A DNA stretch of 64,000 nt from Patescibacteria group bacterium (GCA_024277435.1 JAJRVJ010000028.1:97300-161299); one strand, 5' to 3'. Shown: positions 53,115 through 62,987, counted from the first letter of the stretch. The notes: a model not told the origin generated them from the letters alone. Numbers and translations: made by a program.

Positions 53115-54833
53115 ATGAGCAAAAAAGTTTGGCCGATATTAGGGATCGGCATAATAGTAGTTCTAGCCACATCTATGTTAGTAGTATTTATAGGGATGGG
53201 TAAAGTACCTGAAACTATTGTTACTGAGTACGATAACATTGGGAGTGTATCTCTTGGTAGGAGCATTAACGACATTACTGAAGATTCTACATCTATTATA
53301 GCTGGTATTATTCCGTATGACTTAGTTCAAGAAGATATAATGCGGGACACATTACAGCTTATCGCTACAGAGAATCCTGAAACAATATTACTTGTAAGCT
53401 CAGATAGAGTAGGAGTGTCGCAATATCCATTATCTACTATGAGCCATGATATTTCGAATGGAGTAAAAATAGATAGCGCTTTACGTGATGCATTAGAGAT
53501 TGATATAGATAATGAGGCATTCATAAATACACCCAGTATGATGGAACGCTTGGATATAGTAAATAAACATTTTCCAGAGGCCGCAGTGCTGCCAATAATA
53601 ATTTCAGAAGATACAAGTGCAGATACGCTAGATGTATTTACTAATGCGCTTATAAAGAATGCACCGCCTAATACGGTTGTGCTAGCTAGCGTAGATTATT
53701 CGCGCGACTTACCATCGAATCTTGCAAATGTACACAATGCATACACTCAATCATTACTTCAAACATTTGATATTGAAGAGCTATATACTGCTGATGTGGA
53801 TTGCTGGCAATGCCTTTATGTAATATCGACATATGCAAAAAATTATGAAGCAGATTATGTAGAGCATGAGCAAGTAAATTCAGTTACATATGATACCGCA
53901 GTAGCTATAGAGGATGACGTGGCTATTACAATGCTAGCAGTAGGGGATATCATGGTAGGGAGATTTGTAGAAACACTTATGAGGAGCAATGGTGATGGAT
54001 ATCCATTTGAGAAGGTGCAAACTGCAATGCAGGGAGTAAATATAATACTCGGTAACCTTGAGGGGCCAATACCAGTTTCACATTCACAAACTCCAAATGA
54101 GGTACTGTTATTTTCATTTCGTGAATCAACAGCCAGGCTATTGGCAGAACAGAAATTTACAGATGTAAGTTTAGCAAATAATCATACCCTTGATAGAGGG
54201 GAGGATGATTATTTCAACACCATTACTGAACTGGAAGAAGTTGGAATTAGTACCATTGGTCATCCTTGGGAGGTAGATTTTGAACGGGTGGTGAGTAAAA
54301 CAATTAATGATAAGAAAATTATCTTTACAGGATTTCATGATGCCACTCGTAGGGTTGATGCTGCGGCAGCTGTTGAATTAATTGCTCAACTGCGTAGTGA
54401 GAATCCTGATGCGTTTATTGTTACCACTATTCATTGTGGGAGTGAGTATGTTCTTCATTCAAATTCTCATCAACAGAATTTAGCGCACCAACTTGTTGAT
54501 GCTGGAACTGACGTGATTATTGGTCATCACCCTCATGTTGTTCAAGAGGTGGAGTTGTATAATGGTAAGGTGATTTTTTATTCGCTTGGTAACTATGTAT
54601 TTGATCAATATTTTTCTCAAAATACGCAAGAGGGATTGATGGTTGGAATAGAATTAACAGATAAAGAAGTTCGATATTCATTACATCCATTAGTAAGTAA
54701 GCGTAGTCAAGTACAGCTCATGCCAGAAATTCAAGTACAGCCCTGGCTCGAGGAGTTAGCTCTACGTAGTTCGGATGAATTAGAGGGGATTAAAGATGGT
54801 TTAATTACGATAGATAATCTGTTGACACCTTAA
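53115..54833 (+). CDS. Membrane-anchored MEMO1/AmmeMemo-B-like domain fused to a CapA (PGA_cap) metallophosphatase domain
   Basis: N-part LASVDYS; C-part VGDIM, GNLEGP, LANNHTLD, H[C]G.EY, IGHHPHV, YSLGNYVFDQ. Confidence 0.8.
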   Translation: MSKKVWPILGIGIIVVLATSMLVVFIGMGKVPETIVTEYDNIGSVSLGRSINDITEDSTSIIAGIIPYDLVQEDIMRDTLQLIATENPETILLVSSDRVGVSQYPLSTMSHDISNGVKIDSALRDALEIDIDNEAFINTPSMMERLDIVNKHFPEAAVLPIIISEDTSADTLDVFTNALIKNAPPNTVVLASVDYSRDLPSNLANVHNAYTQSLLQTFDIEELYTADVDCWQCLYVISTYAKNYEADYVEHEQVNSVTYDTAVAIEDDVAITMLAVGDIMVGRFVETLMRSNGDGYPFEKVQTAMQGVNIILGNLEGPIPVSHSQTPNEVLLFSFRESTARLLAEQKFTDVSLANNHTLDRGEDDYFNTITELEEVGISTIGHPWEVDFERVVSKTINDKKIIFTGFHDATRRVDAAAAVELIAQLRSENPDAFIVTTIHCGSEYVLHSNSHQQNLAHQLVDAGTDVIIGHHPHVVQEVELYNGKVIFYSLGNYVFDQYFSQNTQEGLMVGIELTDKEVRYSLHPLVSKRSQVQLMPEIQVQPWLEELALRSSDELEGIKDGLITIDNLLTP

Positions 54834-54850
54834 TCTAAGCTTGCTAGAAT
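54822..54850 (+). promoter_or_regulatory. Sigma70 promoter of tRNA-Lys
   Basis: TTGACA-17 nt-TAGAAT. Confidence 0.75.
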
Positions 54851-54880
54851 AGTCCAGACCTGCACTATGTAGGTTTGTAG

Positions 54881-54953
54881 GGGACGTTAGCTCAGTTGGT
54901 AGAGCAGCAGCCTTTTAAGCTGATGGTCACTGGTTCAAATCCAGTACGTCCCA
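54881..54953 (+). tRNA. tRNA-Lys(UUU), CCA not encoded
   Basis: GGGACGT/ACGTCCC acceptor, AGCTCAGTTGGTAGAGC D-arm, loop CTTTTAA, GGTTCAAATCC T-arm. Confidence 0.95.
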
Positions 54954-55003
54954 CAAATAAAATAACGCTATAATAGGCGTTATTTTTTATTAAGCAAATC
55001 CTC

Positions 55004-55297
55004 TTAGTCTTTGATCGGCAATAGTGATGGTTTACCGTGAGCCTTGATATCCGCTGGTCGTTTTACTGAGAAATAATAAATGAGGCCGCCAATCCAACCA
55101 GCTAGCGCAACTACTAACATCCAAGTAGTTTTGTCGTTTTCTTTTTCAAAATCTCGTTTTACAACATCGATTAACATCATTATCCAAAATACGATACCGA
55201 AAATAGCAAAAATAAAGATCACAAAATATAACAGCATAAAAAAAGCCATAAAGCCGAACGAGAAGATCATGATGAACATTGCTGCAATTGTTTCCAT
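55004..55297 (-). CDS. Small membrane protein, PLDc_N-like
   Basis: FWIMMLIDVVKR....KTTWMLVV...GWIGGLIYYF. Confidence 0.75.
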   Translation of the reverse strand: METIAAMFIMIFSFGFMAFFMLLYFVIFIFAIFGIVFWIMMLIDVVKRDFEKENDKTTWMLVVALAGWIGGLIYYFSVKRPADIKAHGKPSLLPIKD

Positions 55298-55362
55298 AGA
55301 GATATGGTAACTTATATATTTTTAGGTGACAATAGGGCAATTTTATGGTATACTAATCTTCT

Positions 55363-55578
55363 ATGTGGCAAGCACTATCAACAACAATAGGTAAGTATTT
55401 CTTAGGTTGGTTAAAATCTCAATTCAAAGGCAATCCTTTAATTGAGAATACATCTGAATATCTAGCAAAGGCAGGTGCTTCCATACAGGTTGGAATTATT
55501 GCAATGGTGAGTATCATTGCATTTGGTTTTTTACTATATACATTTATGATCGTCGCTGTTGTAAAAGGATGGCTTTAA
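55363..55578 (+). CDS. Small membrane protein
   Basis: 71 aa with a C-terminal hydrophobic helix; directly upstream of the ATPase. Confidence 0.55.
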   Translation: MWQALSTTIGKYFLGWLKSQFKGNPLIENTSEYLAKAGASIQVGIIAMVSIIAFGFLLYTFMIVAVVKGWL

Positions 55579-55594
55579 CGTTTTAATAATACAT

Positions 55595-58282
55595 ATGCCA
55601 GATATTACATTTTTTAACATTTCAAAGGAGGATGCTTTTAAAAACCTTGATACTAATGATAAGGGGTTAACTACTAAAGAGGTTACTCGCCGTCAAGGAT
55701 ATTACGGTTTAAATAAATTACCTGAAGAAGCTGCTACGCCATGGTATAAATTATTCATAGAGCAATTCAAAAGCTCATTGGTGTTTATTTTGGTTATTGC
55801 AGCTGGTATTAGCTTTGGATTAGAAGAGCCGGTGGACGGTACTGTAATACTCGCTGCCGTTGTTATTCAAGTGCTCGTTGGTTTTGTACAGGAGTTTCGT
55901 GCTCAGCGTTCGCTAGCTGCCTTAAAGCAAGTTATTTCATTATCAGCTCGCGTATTACGTAACGGAAAAGAAGGGGGTGTTGCTGCGGAAGCTTTAGTGC
56001 CTGGCGACATTGTATTGCTTAGTGCTGGTGATAAGGTGCCAGCTGATGTGCGTTTAATCGAAGTGCATGATTTTGAAGTAGATGAAGCACCGCTTACGGG
56101 AGAGTCTGAGCCGATTAAGAAACAAATAAAAGTGTTAGATAATGATACGGATTTAGCCGAACGCAGTAACATGGCATTTACAGGAACAGTAGCAACGAAA
56201 GGCCAGGCTATTGGTATGGTTACTTTTACTGGGCAGTACACAGAAATTGGAAAGATCGCGCAACTTATAAAAGATACCGAGGATGAGCCAACTCCGTTAC
56301 AAGATAAGCTCACACAGTTTTCTAAAAGAATTAGTATTGTTGTAGTGATAATCGCTGTAGCCATCGCAGTGTTTGGGTACTTCACTCAGGGTGACTTCAC
56401 TACAATGTTTACCGTGGCTGTAGCAGTTGCTGTATCAGCTATTCCAGAGGGATTGGCTGTGGCGGTAACTATTATTCTGGCAGTTGGTATGCAACGCATG
56501 ATTAAACGTGATGCTTTAGTACGAAAATTATTAGCCGCTGAAACCCTTGGTTCTACAAATGTAATTTGTACGGATAAGACGGGAACTCTTACCGAAGGTA
56601 ATATGCAAATTACCGATATTATTACGTGGGAAAATAATTTTGCAGTAGATGGGACAAATACAACGCATGATAAAAATGGTGCGAGGGATTTAATATTTTC
56701 ATTACGCCTTGGATTATTATGTAACGATGCCAAAGTAGATAATATTGAGGACAATATTGGTGATTGGAAAATTTCAGGAAATCTTACTGAACGAGCATTG
56801 TTAATGGCCGGATCACAAGCCGGATTGCATTTTCACGATATTCAAAAAGAGGCGCCACGCATAGACGCAATTCCATTTGATTCTAGTATTAAGTATATGG
56901 CTACGTTGCATCGGGAAGCGCAAGGTAGAATGTTGTATGTAAAAGGAGCTCCAGAAATTATTATCTCTAAATGTTCGAAGGTAATGGCATCTGGCAAGGC
57001 CATCTCTTTTGATAAGGTCAAGCAAAAGAAATTTCAAAAGAAATTTATACAACTCTCTAAACAAGGCTTGCGTATTATAGCGTTGGCGTACAAGAATACA
57101 GGAGAAGCTACTAAAGAAATTACCGATAATACATTATCTGATTTGGTGTTTGTAGGATATGTTGGCATTAAGGATCCGTTACGTAAAGAGGCGAAACAAA
57201 CTGTAGCGCGCTGCCTTGATGCTGGTATTCAAACTGTAATGATTACAGGTGATCATAAGCTAACTGCTCAAGCTATTGCCAAAGAGCTTGGTTTAAAATT
57301 TGATGAGCATAATATCATGGAGGGCAAGGAGTTGGATAGTCTTTCTCAACATGAATTAAACAAGCGTGTGAAAGATATTACAGTATATGCTCGTGTAACT
57401 CCAGAGCATAAATTACGCATCGTCAATGCGTGGCAAGCAAATGACATGGTAGTTGCGATGACAGGTGATGGTATTAATGATTCCCCAGCTATTAAAGCGG
57501 CGGATATTGGTATTGCGCTTGGCTCTGGCACAGATGTTGCAAAAGAAACGGCCGATATGGTTATTTTGGATGATAATTTTGAAACAATTGTTGAAGCCGT
57601 GGAAGAGGGGCGTGGAATATTTGATAATATTAAAAAAACTGTATTGTATCTGTTATCAGATAGTTTTTCGGAAGTGATATTAATTATTGGGGCATTATTA
57701 TTAGGCTTACCAATTCCAATTACTGCAGCACAAATTTTATGGATTAATCTCATCGATGATAGCTTTCCAAGTTTAGCCATGACGCAAGAACCAAAAGAGC
57801 TAGAAAGTATGAAGGAAAAACCGCGTGGTCGTAAAGCGCAAATTTTAGATGGCGAAGTAAAAATATTGATTGTAATTATTAGTGTCGTCACTGGTTTCAT
57901 GAATCTTGCGCGATTCTACTTTGTATATTCTACTACCGGTGATCTTGATTTGGCGCGTACAGTAGTATTCTTATCCTTAGGAATTGATTCATTATTCTAT
58001 ATGTTTAGTGTGCGGTCTATGCGCAAGATGATTTGGCAGAAGAATCTATTTTCGAATAAGTGGTTAATTGGTGCGTTCTTCCTGGGAATTTTATTCCAGG
58101 TAATTCCAATTTACGTGCCATTCTTCCAGAAATATATCAATACGGTTCCACTCGGTTGGGAACAGTGGGTAGTAGCGCTTTCACTATCAGTTGCGGTAAT
58201 TGTGAGTATTGAGACTATTAAATTTATATTCTTGCACGTGCTACGCAAAAAAAATCCAGAACAAGAGTTGCAACGAGCATAA
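55595..58282 (+). CDS. P-type ATPase, type II (Ca2+-transporting-like)
   Basis: TGES, IPEGL, DKTGTLT, KGAPE, TGDGIND, ILWINL. Confidence 0.95.
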   Translation: MPDITFFNISKEDAFKNLDTNDKGLTTKEVTRRQGYYGLNKLPEEAATPWYKLFIEQFKSSLVFILVIAAGISFGLEEPVDGTVILAAVVIQVLVGFVQEFRAQRSLAALKQVISLSARVLRNGKEGGVAAEALVPGDIVLLSAGDKVPADVRLIEVHDFEVDEAPLTGESEPIKKQIKVLDNDTDLAERSNMAFTGTVATKGQAIGMVTFTGQYTEIGKIAQLIKDTEDEPTPLQDKLTQFSKRISIVVVIIAVAIAVFGYFTQGDFTTMFTVAVAVAVSAIPEGLAVAVTIILAVGMQRMIKRDALVRKLLAAETLGSTNVICTDKTGTLTEGNMQITDIITWENNFAVDGTNTTHDKNGARDLIFSLRLGLLCNDAKVDNIEDNIGDWKISGNLTERALLMAGSQAGLHFHDIQKEAPRIDAIPFDSSIKYMATLHREAQGRMLYVKGAPEIIISKCSKVMASGKAISFDKVKQKKFQKKFIQLSKQGLRIIALAYKNTGEATKEITDNTLSDLVFVGYVGIKDPLRKEAKQTVARCLDAGIQTVMITGDHKLTAQAIAKELGLKFDEHNIMEGKELDSLSQHELNKRVKDITVYARVTPEHKLRIVNAWQANDMVVAMTGDGINDSPAIKAADIGIALGSGTDVAKETADMVILDDNFETIVEAVEEGRGIFDNIKKTVLYLLSDSFSEVILIIGALLLGLPIPITAAQILWINLIDDSFPSLAMTQEPKELESMKEKPRGRKAQILDGEVKILIVIISVVTGFMNLARFYFVYSTTGDLDLARTVVFLSLGIDSLFYMFSVRSMRKMIWQKNLFSNKWLIGAFFLGILFQVIPIYVPFFQKYINTVPLGWEQWVVALSLSVAVIVSIETIKFIFLHVLRKKNPEQELQRA

Positions 58283-58392
58283 AAATTGACCAGATGCGTA
58301 ATACGCGATAAGCTTCTCGATACTTTATACGCCTCGGGGGAGTGCGTATATGTTTGACATTTTGGGTACAGCTTCATACAAGGAGCTGAAAA

Positions 58393-58901
58393 GTGCCTAC
58401 ACCGGAACGTCCGGCGGTGCTGATTCATTCAGCTACCGCAGAAATATACGAGTTCCTGCCAACTCGTGATCGGCAGCGGCGACAAGACTCTCTCGCTCAG
58501 TTACAACTACTCAAGCAGCTGCTGCAGCGCCTCACAAGCAACGACATTACTCTGTCGCGTGCAGGGGAGTTGATTGTGAGACCCAACTTGGCGAGGCGCC
58601 GGCTGAGGGAGAATCCTCATAATCTGACGCACTACTGGGCAGCACGCTATAGTCGCTGCACTAACTGGGCTATGCTGCAATATGTTTTGCGCCTGTGCGC
58701 ACTATGCCCGGCATAGATCATTTGGTTGGCGAGTTGAATCGGGCTGGTCATCCGTTGCGTGAGCAAGTGCGACGCGCTCGGTTTGCTACTGATGTGCGCA
58801 TGCTACTCGCTGCGACGCGTCGCCTTACGGAGGCGCACCACCCGGCTGGAGCTGGTAGGCTTGTGGCTTGGCTCACTGGAGCTAAAGTGGAGGTGCCGTA
58901 G
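58393..58901 (+). CDS. Moderately GC-rich hypothetical protein, probably one gene split by a frameshift near 58705-58716
   Basis: AAGGAG SD before GTG 58393; adding one base in CCC joins ...LCALCP to GIDHLVGE...; followed by a 13-bp hairpin. Confidence 0.5.
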
Positions 58902-58977
58902 CTTGGAGTAGCTCCAAGAATGTTCAAGCGCCTTCTGAGTTCATCCCAGAACTTAGAAGGCAATAGGACAATACTCA

Positions 58978-59037
58978 TTGACTTTTTATTAAAATATAGT
59001 ACACTCGTGGCGCCTGTTAATTAGGCGTTCTTTACAA
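58978..59037 (+). promoter_or_regulatory. Promoter, hairpin and boxA-like motif
   Basis: TTGACT-16 nt-TACACT, GCGCCT/AGGCG hairpin, GTTCTTTACAA. Confidence 0.5.
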
Positions 59038-59194
59038 TTAGGAGGAATTATCGTGAAGTTGAACGTATACTCGTAGGTCACGGGTGCGGCAAATAGTGTG
59101 GTTTATACATGCGCATTACTTGCTACATCCGTGGCCACAAAAAAGAGTGGAGACGCTCTGATCTGTGTATCCCCCAAAAAAAGGTAGGTAAGTC

Positions 59195-59725
59195 ATGAGC
59201 ACCCCGCTCAGCATCATTCTCGGCAACTCTGTTGTCGGCCCCATCGTTCCCGTCCGCGTCGTCGAGACCGTGGATCCGCGGGTCTCGATTCACTTCAAGG
59301 ACGGCATCGTCCTCAACCTCGTCGGCCTCACCGCCGAGGAGCGCGATGGCTTCGACGAGACCGGGATCAACTGGCACGACGACATCGAGGACAGCGGAGC
59401 GCTGCTCCACCGCGACATGGGCGTCCTGTTCGACCGCAGCGGGATGACCAACCTGCGGCAGGGCGGTGAGCCCCACCCCGACCCCCGTGTTCGCCAGCAG
59501 GACTGGCAGAACACCGTGAGTTCGGTTACCGTCACCACGGGCGCCGGCCCCTACGGGCTGCTGGTGGCCCTCTGCGCCGCCGGCTGGGGACCCGCCATCA
59601 GCTCCCGGATCGACGTGGTCGGCCACATGCGGATGGCCGTGGGCAGCCGGGACTCCGCAGAGCTGGCCCGCTACGTGGGCGGGGCCTTCCGCTCCAGCGG
59701 ACGGAAGTACGTCCGGGTCGCCTAG
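59195..59725 (+). CDS. Very GC-rich hypothetical protein, 176 aa
   Basis: AGGTAGGT SD-like site before ATG; third codon positions almost all G/C in this frame. Confidence 0.78.
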   Translation: MSTPLSIILGNSVVGPIVPVRVVETVDPRVSIHFKDGIVLNLVGLTAEERDGFDETGINWHDDIEDSGALLHRDMGVLFDRSGMTNLRQGGEPHPDPRVRQQDWQNTVSSVTVTTGAGPYGLLVALCAAGWGPAISSRIDVVGHMRMAVGSRDSAELARYVGGAFRSSGRKYVRVA

Positions 59726-59943
59726 AGCGCGCTGAAGAAGCGCAGGATCTACGGTTCAACTTCACGCCCCCTTCAATCGTGTATGCGAGGGAAGGGGGAA
59801 CGTGATCTTTCTAGATTAGATAAATAGTCTACAGAGAATACGTAAAATTTGCAGAGTTGACATATTCATAATTTTCCCTAAATAGTCGCGTTGTGCATTA
59901 CAACATAGTGAAGCGTCCCGCTGGCCTTCCGATAAAACTTCTC

Positions 59944-60075
59944 ATGCAGCGGGTCTTCGGGCCGCTGGCGAAGGGAGATCCCCTCAAGCGAGACGTCGAG
60001 AAGAGGCGCCTAGGTAAGGTCACCCGCAACATGACCTCCGCCCTCAACACCAGTCGAGGTCTCCAGGAACTGTAA
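59944..60075 (+). CDS. GC-rich 43-aa small ORF (or structured RNA)
   Basis: Strong GC3 bias in this frame; upstream TTGACA; contains a cUUCGg hairpin. Confidence 0.4.
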   Translation: MQRVFGPLAKGDPLKRDVEKRRLGKVTRNMTSALNTSRGLQEL

Positions 60076-60136
60076 TTATTCCTAAATATTACACATGATA
60101 ATTGACGCATTAGGTAAGACTCCGTACAATACGCAT

Positions 60137-61432
60137 ATGAAGACAGTATTATTACGGGAATTATCCCAACACGTTGATAACGAAGTCACCATTCAAGGTT
60201 GGATGTTTAATAAACGTTCATCCGGTAAAATTTCATTCTTACAGGTACGCGACGGCAGTGGTGTCACGCAAGCCATTGTGAATAAAGCTGATGTTGAAGA
60301 ATCAATATGGAATTCGGTAGATACGTTAAATTTAGAATCATCTGTACGTATCACCGGTACAGTATCAAAGCATCCTAAGAAAGAAGAATATGAATTACAA
60401 GTTTCAGGATTAGAGGTAATACATAATGCGGCTCCAGATTTTCCAATTGGGAAGAAAGAACATGGTCCAGATTTTCTCTTACAGAATCGTCACCTATGGT
60501 TACGATCACCCCGGCAGTGGGCGATACAACGGATTCGTAATACCATTATTAATGTAACGTACGAATATTTTAATCAAAACGATTATATTAAAATTGACGC
60601 TCCGATATTTACCCCAACTTCTTGCGAGGATTCCACAGAGTTATTTGAAGTAGAATATTTTGATGAAGGTAAAGCGTACTTAACACAATCTGGTCAGCTC
60701 TATATTGAATCTGCGATTTTTTCTCATGGAAGAGTATTTGATTTTGGCCCTGTATTTCGTGCAGAGAAATCTAAAACCCGGCGTCACCTTACCGAGTTTT
60801 GGATGATGGATGCCGAAGCCGCCTTTGTAGATTTTGAAGGTAATATGGATATTCAGGAGGCGTTAATGAAATACATCATAGAAAAATCGCTACGTGAAAA
60901 TGCCTATGAATTAAAGGTACTTGAACGTGACGTAGAAGCATTAAAGAAATGCCTAGAACCATTTGTACGTATTACACACGAAGAAGCGGTTAAAACCCTC
61001 CAAGGCTTAGGTAGTGATATTAAAGACGGTGAAGATCTCGGTGCAGATGATGAAACGATGCTTACACAGCAATATGATTCACCGGTATTTGTTACGCACT
61101 GGCCGGCAGCAATTAAAGCCTTTTATATGCAGCCCGACCCTAACGATCCCACCAAGATTTTAGGATCCGATTTATTAGCACCTGAAGGGTATGGAGAAAT
61201 TATTGGTGGCTCTGAACGTATTCATGATTATGATTTGTTAGTGAAGAAAATGGAAGAGTTCAATTTACCACGAGAAGACTACGAATGGTATTTAGATTTA
61301 CGCAAATATGGCTCAGTTCCGCATTCCGGATTTGGCTATGGTTTAGAACGTATCACCGCATGGATTTCTGGCACAAAACATATTCGGGAAACCATCCCGT
61401 TCCCACGCATGATTAACAGAATTTATCCATAA
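60137..61432 (+). CDS. asnS: Asparagine--tRNA ligase
   Basis: RHLWLR, YLTQSGQLY, FRAEKSKTRRHLTEFWM, EIIGGSER, PHSGFG.GLER. Confidence 0.95.
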   Translation: MKTVLLRELSQHVDNEVTIQGWMFNKRSSGKISFLQVRDGSGVTQAIVNKADVEESIWNSVDTLNLESSVRITGTVSKHPKKEEYELQVSGLEVIHNAAPDFPIGKKEHGPDFLLQNRHLWLRSPRQWAIQRIRNTIINVTYEYFNQNDYIKIDAPIFTPTSCEDSTELFEVEYFDEGKAYLTQSGQLYIESAIFSHGRVFDFGPVFRAEKSKTRRHLTEFWMMDAEAAFVDFEGNMDIQEALMKYIIEKSLRENAYELKVLERDVEALKKCLEPFVRITHEEAVKTLQGLGSDIKDGEDLGADDETMLTQQYDSPVFVTHWPAAIKAFYMQPDPNDPTKILGSDLLAPEGYGEIIGGSERIHDYDLLVKKMEEFNLPREDYEWYLDLRKYGSVPHSGFGYGLERITAWISGTKHIRETIPFPRMINRIYP

Positions 61433-61581
61433 ATGCATGGCAGCATGCGGAATATCTACAGTTGTTAAAGCATTATTCGCAAAAAAGAAACCACTATCTC
61501 CCAGATAGCCTAATAAAGCTTGCTACAATGCCTGAGAGACTGTATAATTGGGCTAAAATAAGCTTTAAATAAAGGAAATTC

Positions 61582-62979
61582 ATGAAGCGAACGCTCATTC
61601 TTGATACGCTCAACCATATTGGCGAGGAAGTACTATTAAAAGGTTGGGTACATACCCGCCGCAAAATGGGGAAAATGGTATTTATTGATCTACGTGACTA
61701 CACAGGTGTGTGTCAGGTGATTTTTTTACCGAACCATGAAGAAGCAGTTGAAGAAGCAAAAAAACTAGGAGTAGAGTTTGTAGTAGAAATTAAGGGTCGG
61801 GTAAATGCTCGTCCGGAGAAGCAGGTGAATAAAGATCTTCCAACGGGAACAGTAGAAATTGAAGCGCTTGAATTGAAGATTTTGAATGAATCCGAAACTC
61901 CACCATTTGAAATCGAAGACGAATTTAAAGAAGAAGTGAATGAAGAGTTGCGATTGAAGTATCGGTATTTAGATATTCGTCGTAAACGGATGCAGGATAA
62001 CCTTCGTTTACGTGATCGCGTGATTACATTTTTTCGTGACTACATGCACAAGAATGATTTTCTTGAAGTAGAAACTCCAATCCTTATGAAGGGAACCCCA
62101 GAGGGTGCGCGCGAATATCTTGTTCCATCTCGTATTCATCCAGGCAAAGCTTATGCGTTACCACAATCACCACAGCAGTTTAAGCAATTACTTGTTGTTG
62201 GGGGAGTGGAGAAGTACTTTCAAATCGCCCGATGTTTTCGTGATGAAGATCCGCGCGGTGATAGGCAGTTTGAATTTACACAGTTGGATTATGAAATGGC
62301 ATTTGTTACTCAAGAAGATGTGCTGGAGTTTACCGAGCCGATGTTTAAAGAGTTGGTAGCAACAATTACTCCAGAAAAACATTTAACCGATAAAACATTT
62401 CCTGTACTTACCTACGCTGAAGCGATGGAGAAGTATGGTTCGGATAAACCAGATTTACGGAAGAATCCAGACGATCCAAATGAATTAGCATTTTGTTGGA
62501 TCGTAGATTTTCCAATGTTTGAAAAATTAGAAGATGGGACTATTCAATCGATGCATCATCCATTCTGTTCAATAAAACCAGAGGATGTAGATAAGTTAGA
62601 TAATCCTGATGAGTTGTTAAGTATTCGGGCAAACTCATATGATCTTGTGCTTAATGGGTACGAGTTATCAAGTGGTAGTATTCGAATTCATGAGGCGGCT
62701 ATGCAAACTAAAGTATTTGATTTATTAGGTATTGATAAAGAAGAGCAAGAGCGTAAATTTGGCCATATGATTCAGGCGTTTAAATTTGGTGCACCACCAC
62801 ATGGTGGCTTTGCTCCTGGCATCGATCGCATCGTAATGATTCTAGCTGGTGAAGAAAGTATTAAAGATGTTATTGCCTTTCCTAAAACCAATGAGGCGCG
62901 TGACCCAATGATGGAGGCACCATCCGATATGGAAGAGGCTCAATTAGACGCATTATCACTTCAATTGAAAACTAAATAG
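61582..62979 (+). CDS. aspS: Aspartate--tRNA ligase, short form without the GAD insertion domain
   Basis: LKYRYLDIRR, LPQSPQQFKQLL, RCFRDED, GAPPHGGFAPGIDR; only 465 aa. Confidence 0.93.
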   Translation: MKRTLILDTLNHIGEEVLLKGWVHTRRKMGKMVFIDLRDYTGVCQVIFLPNHEEAVEEAKKLGVEFVVEIKGRVNARPEKQVNKDLPTGTVEIEALELKILNESETPPFEIEDEFKEEVNEELRLKYRYLDIRRKRMQDNLRLRDRVITFFRDYMHKNDFLEVETPILMKGTPEGAREYLVPSRIHPGKAYALPQSPQQFKQLLVVGGVEKYFQIARCFRDEDPRGDRQFEFTQLDYEMAFVTQEDVLEFTEPMFKELVATITPEKHLTDKTFPVLTYAEAMEKYGSDKPDLRKNPDDPNELAFCWIVDFPMFEKLEDGTIQSMHHPFCSIKPEDVDKLDNPDELLSIRANSYDLVLNGYELSSGSIRIHEAAMQTKVFDLLGIDKEEQERKFGHMIQAFKFGAPPHGGFAPGIDRIVMILAGEESIKDVIAFPKTNEARDPMMEAPSDMEEAQLDALSLQLKTK

Positions 62980-62987
62980 CCACATCT

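Noticed and set aside
59724-59760. Group II intron domain V (GAGC...ACGGTTC)
   Set aside because: Stem geometry does not fit D5, there is no GUGYG 5' end or RT, and the segment is explained by pairing with 59052-67.
15789-59798. Integron cassettes or IS elements as the origin of the GC-rich genes
   Set aside because: No GTTRRRY/attC pattern, integrase, transposase or target duplications seen, and the arms differ between loci.
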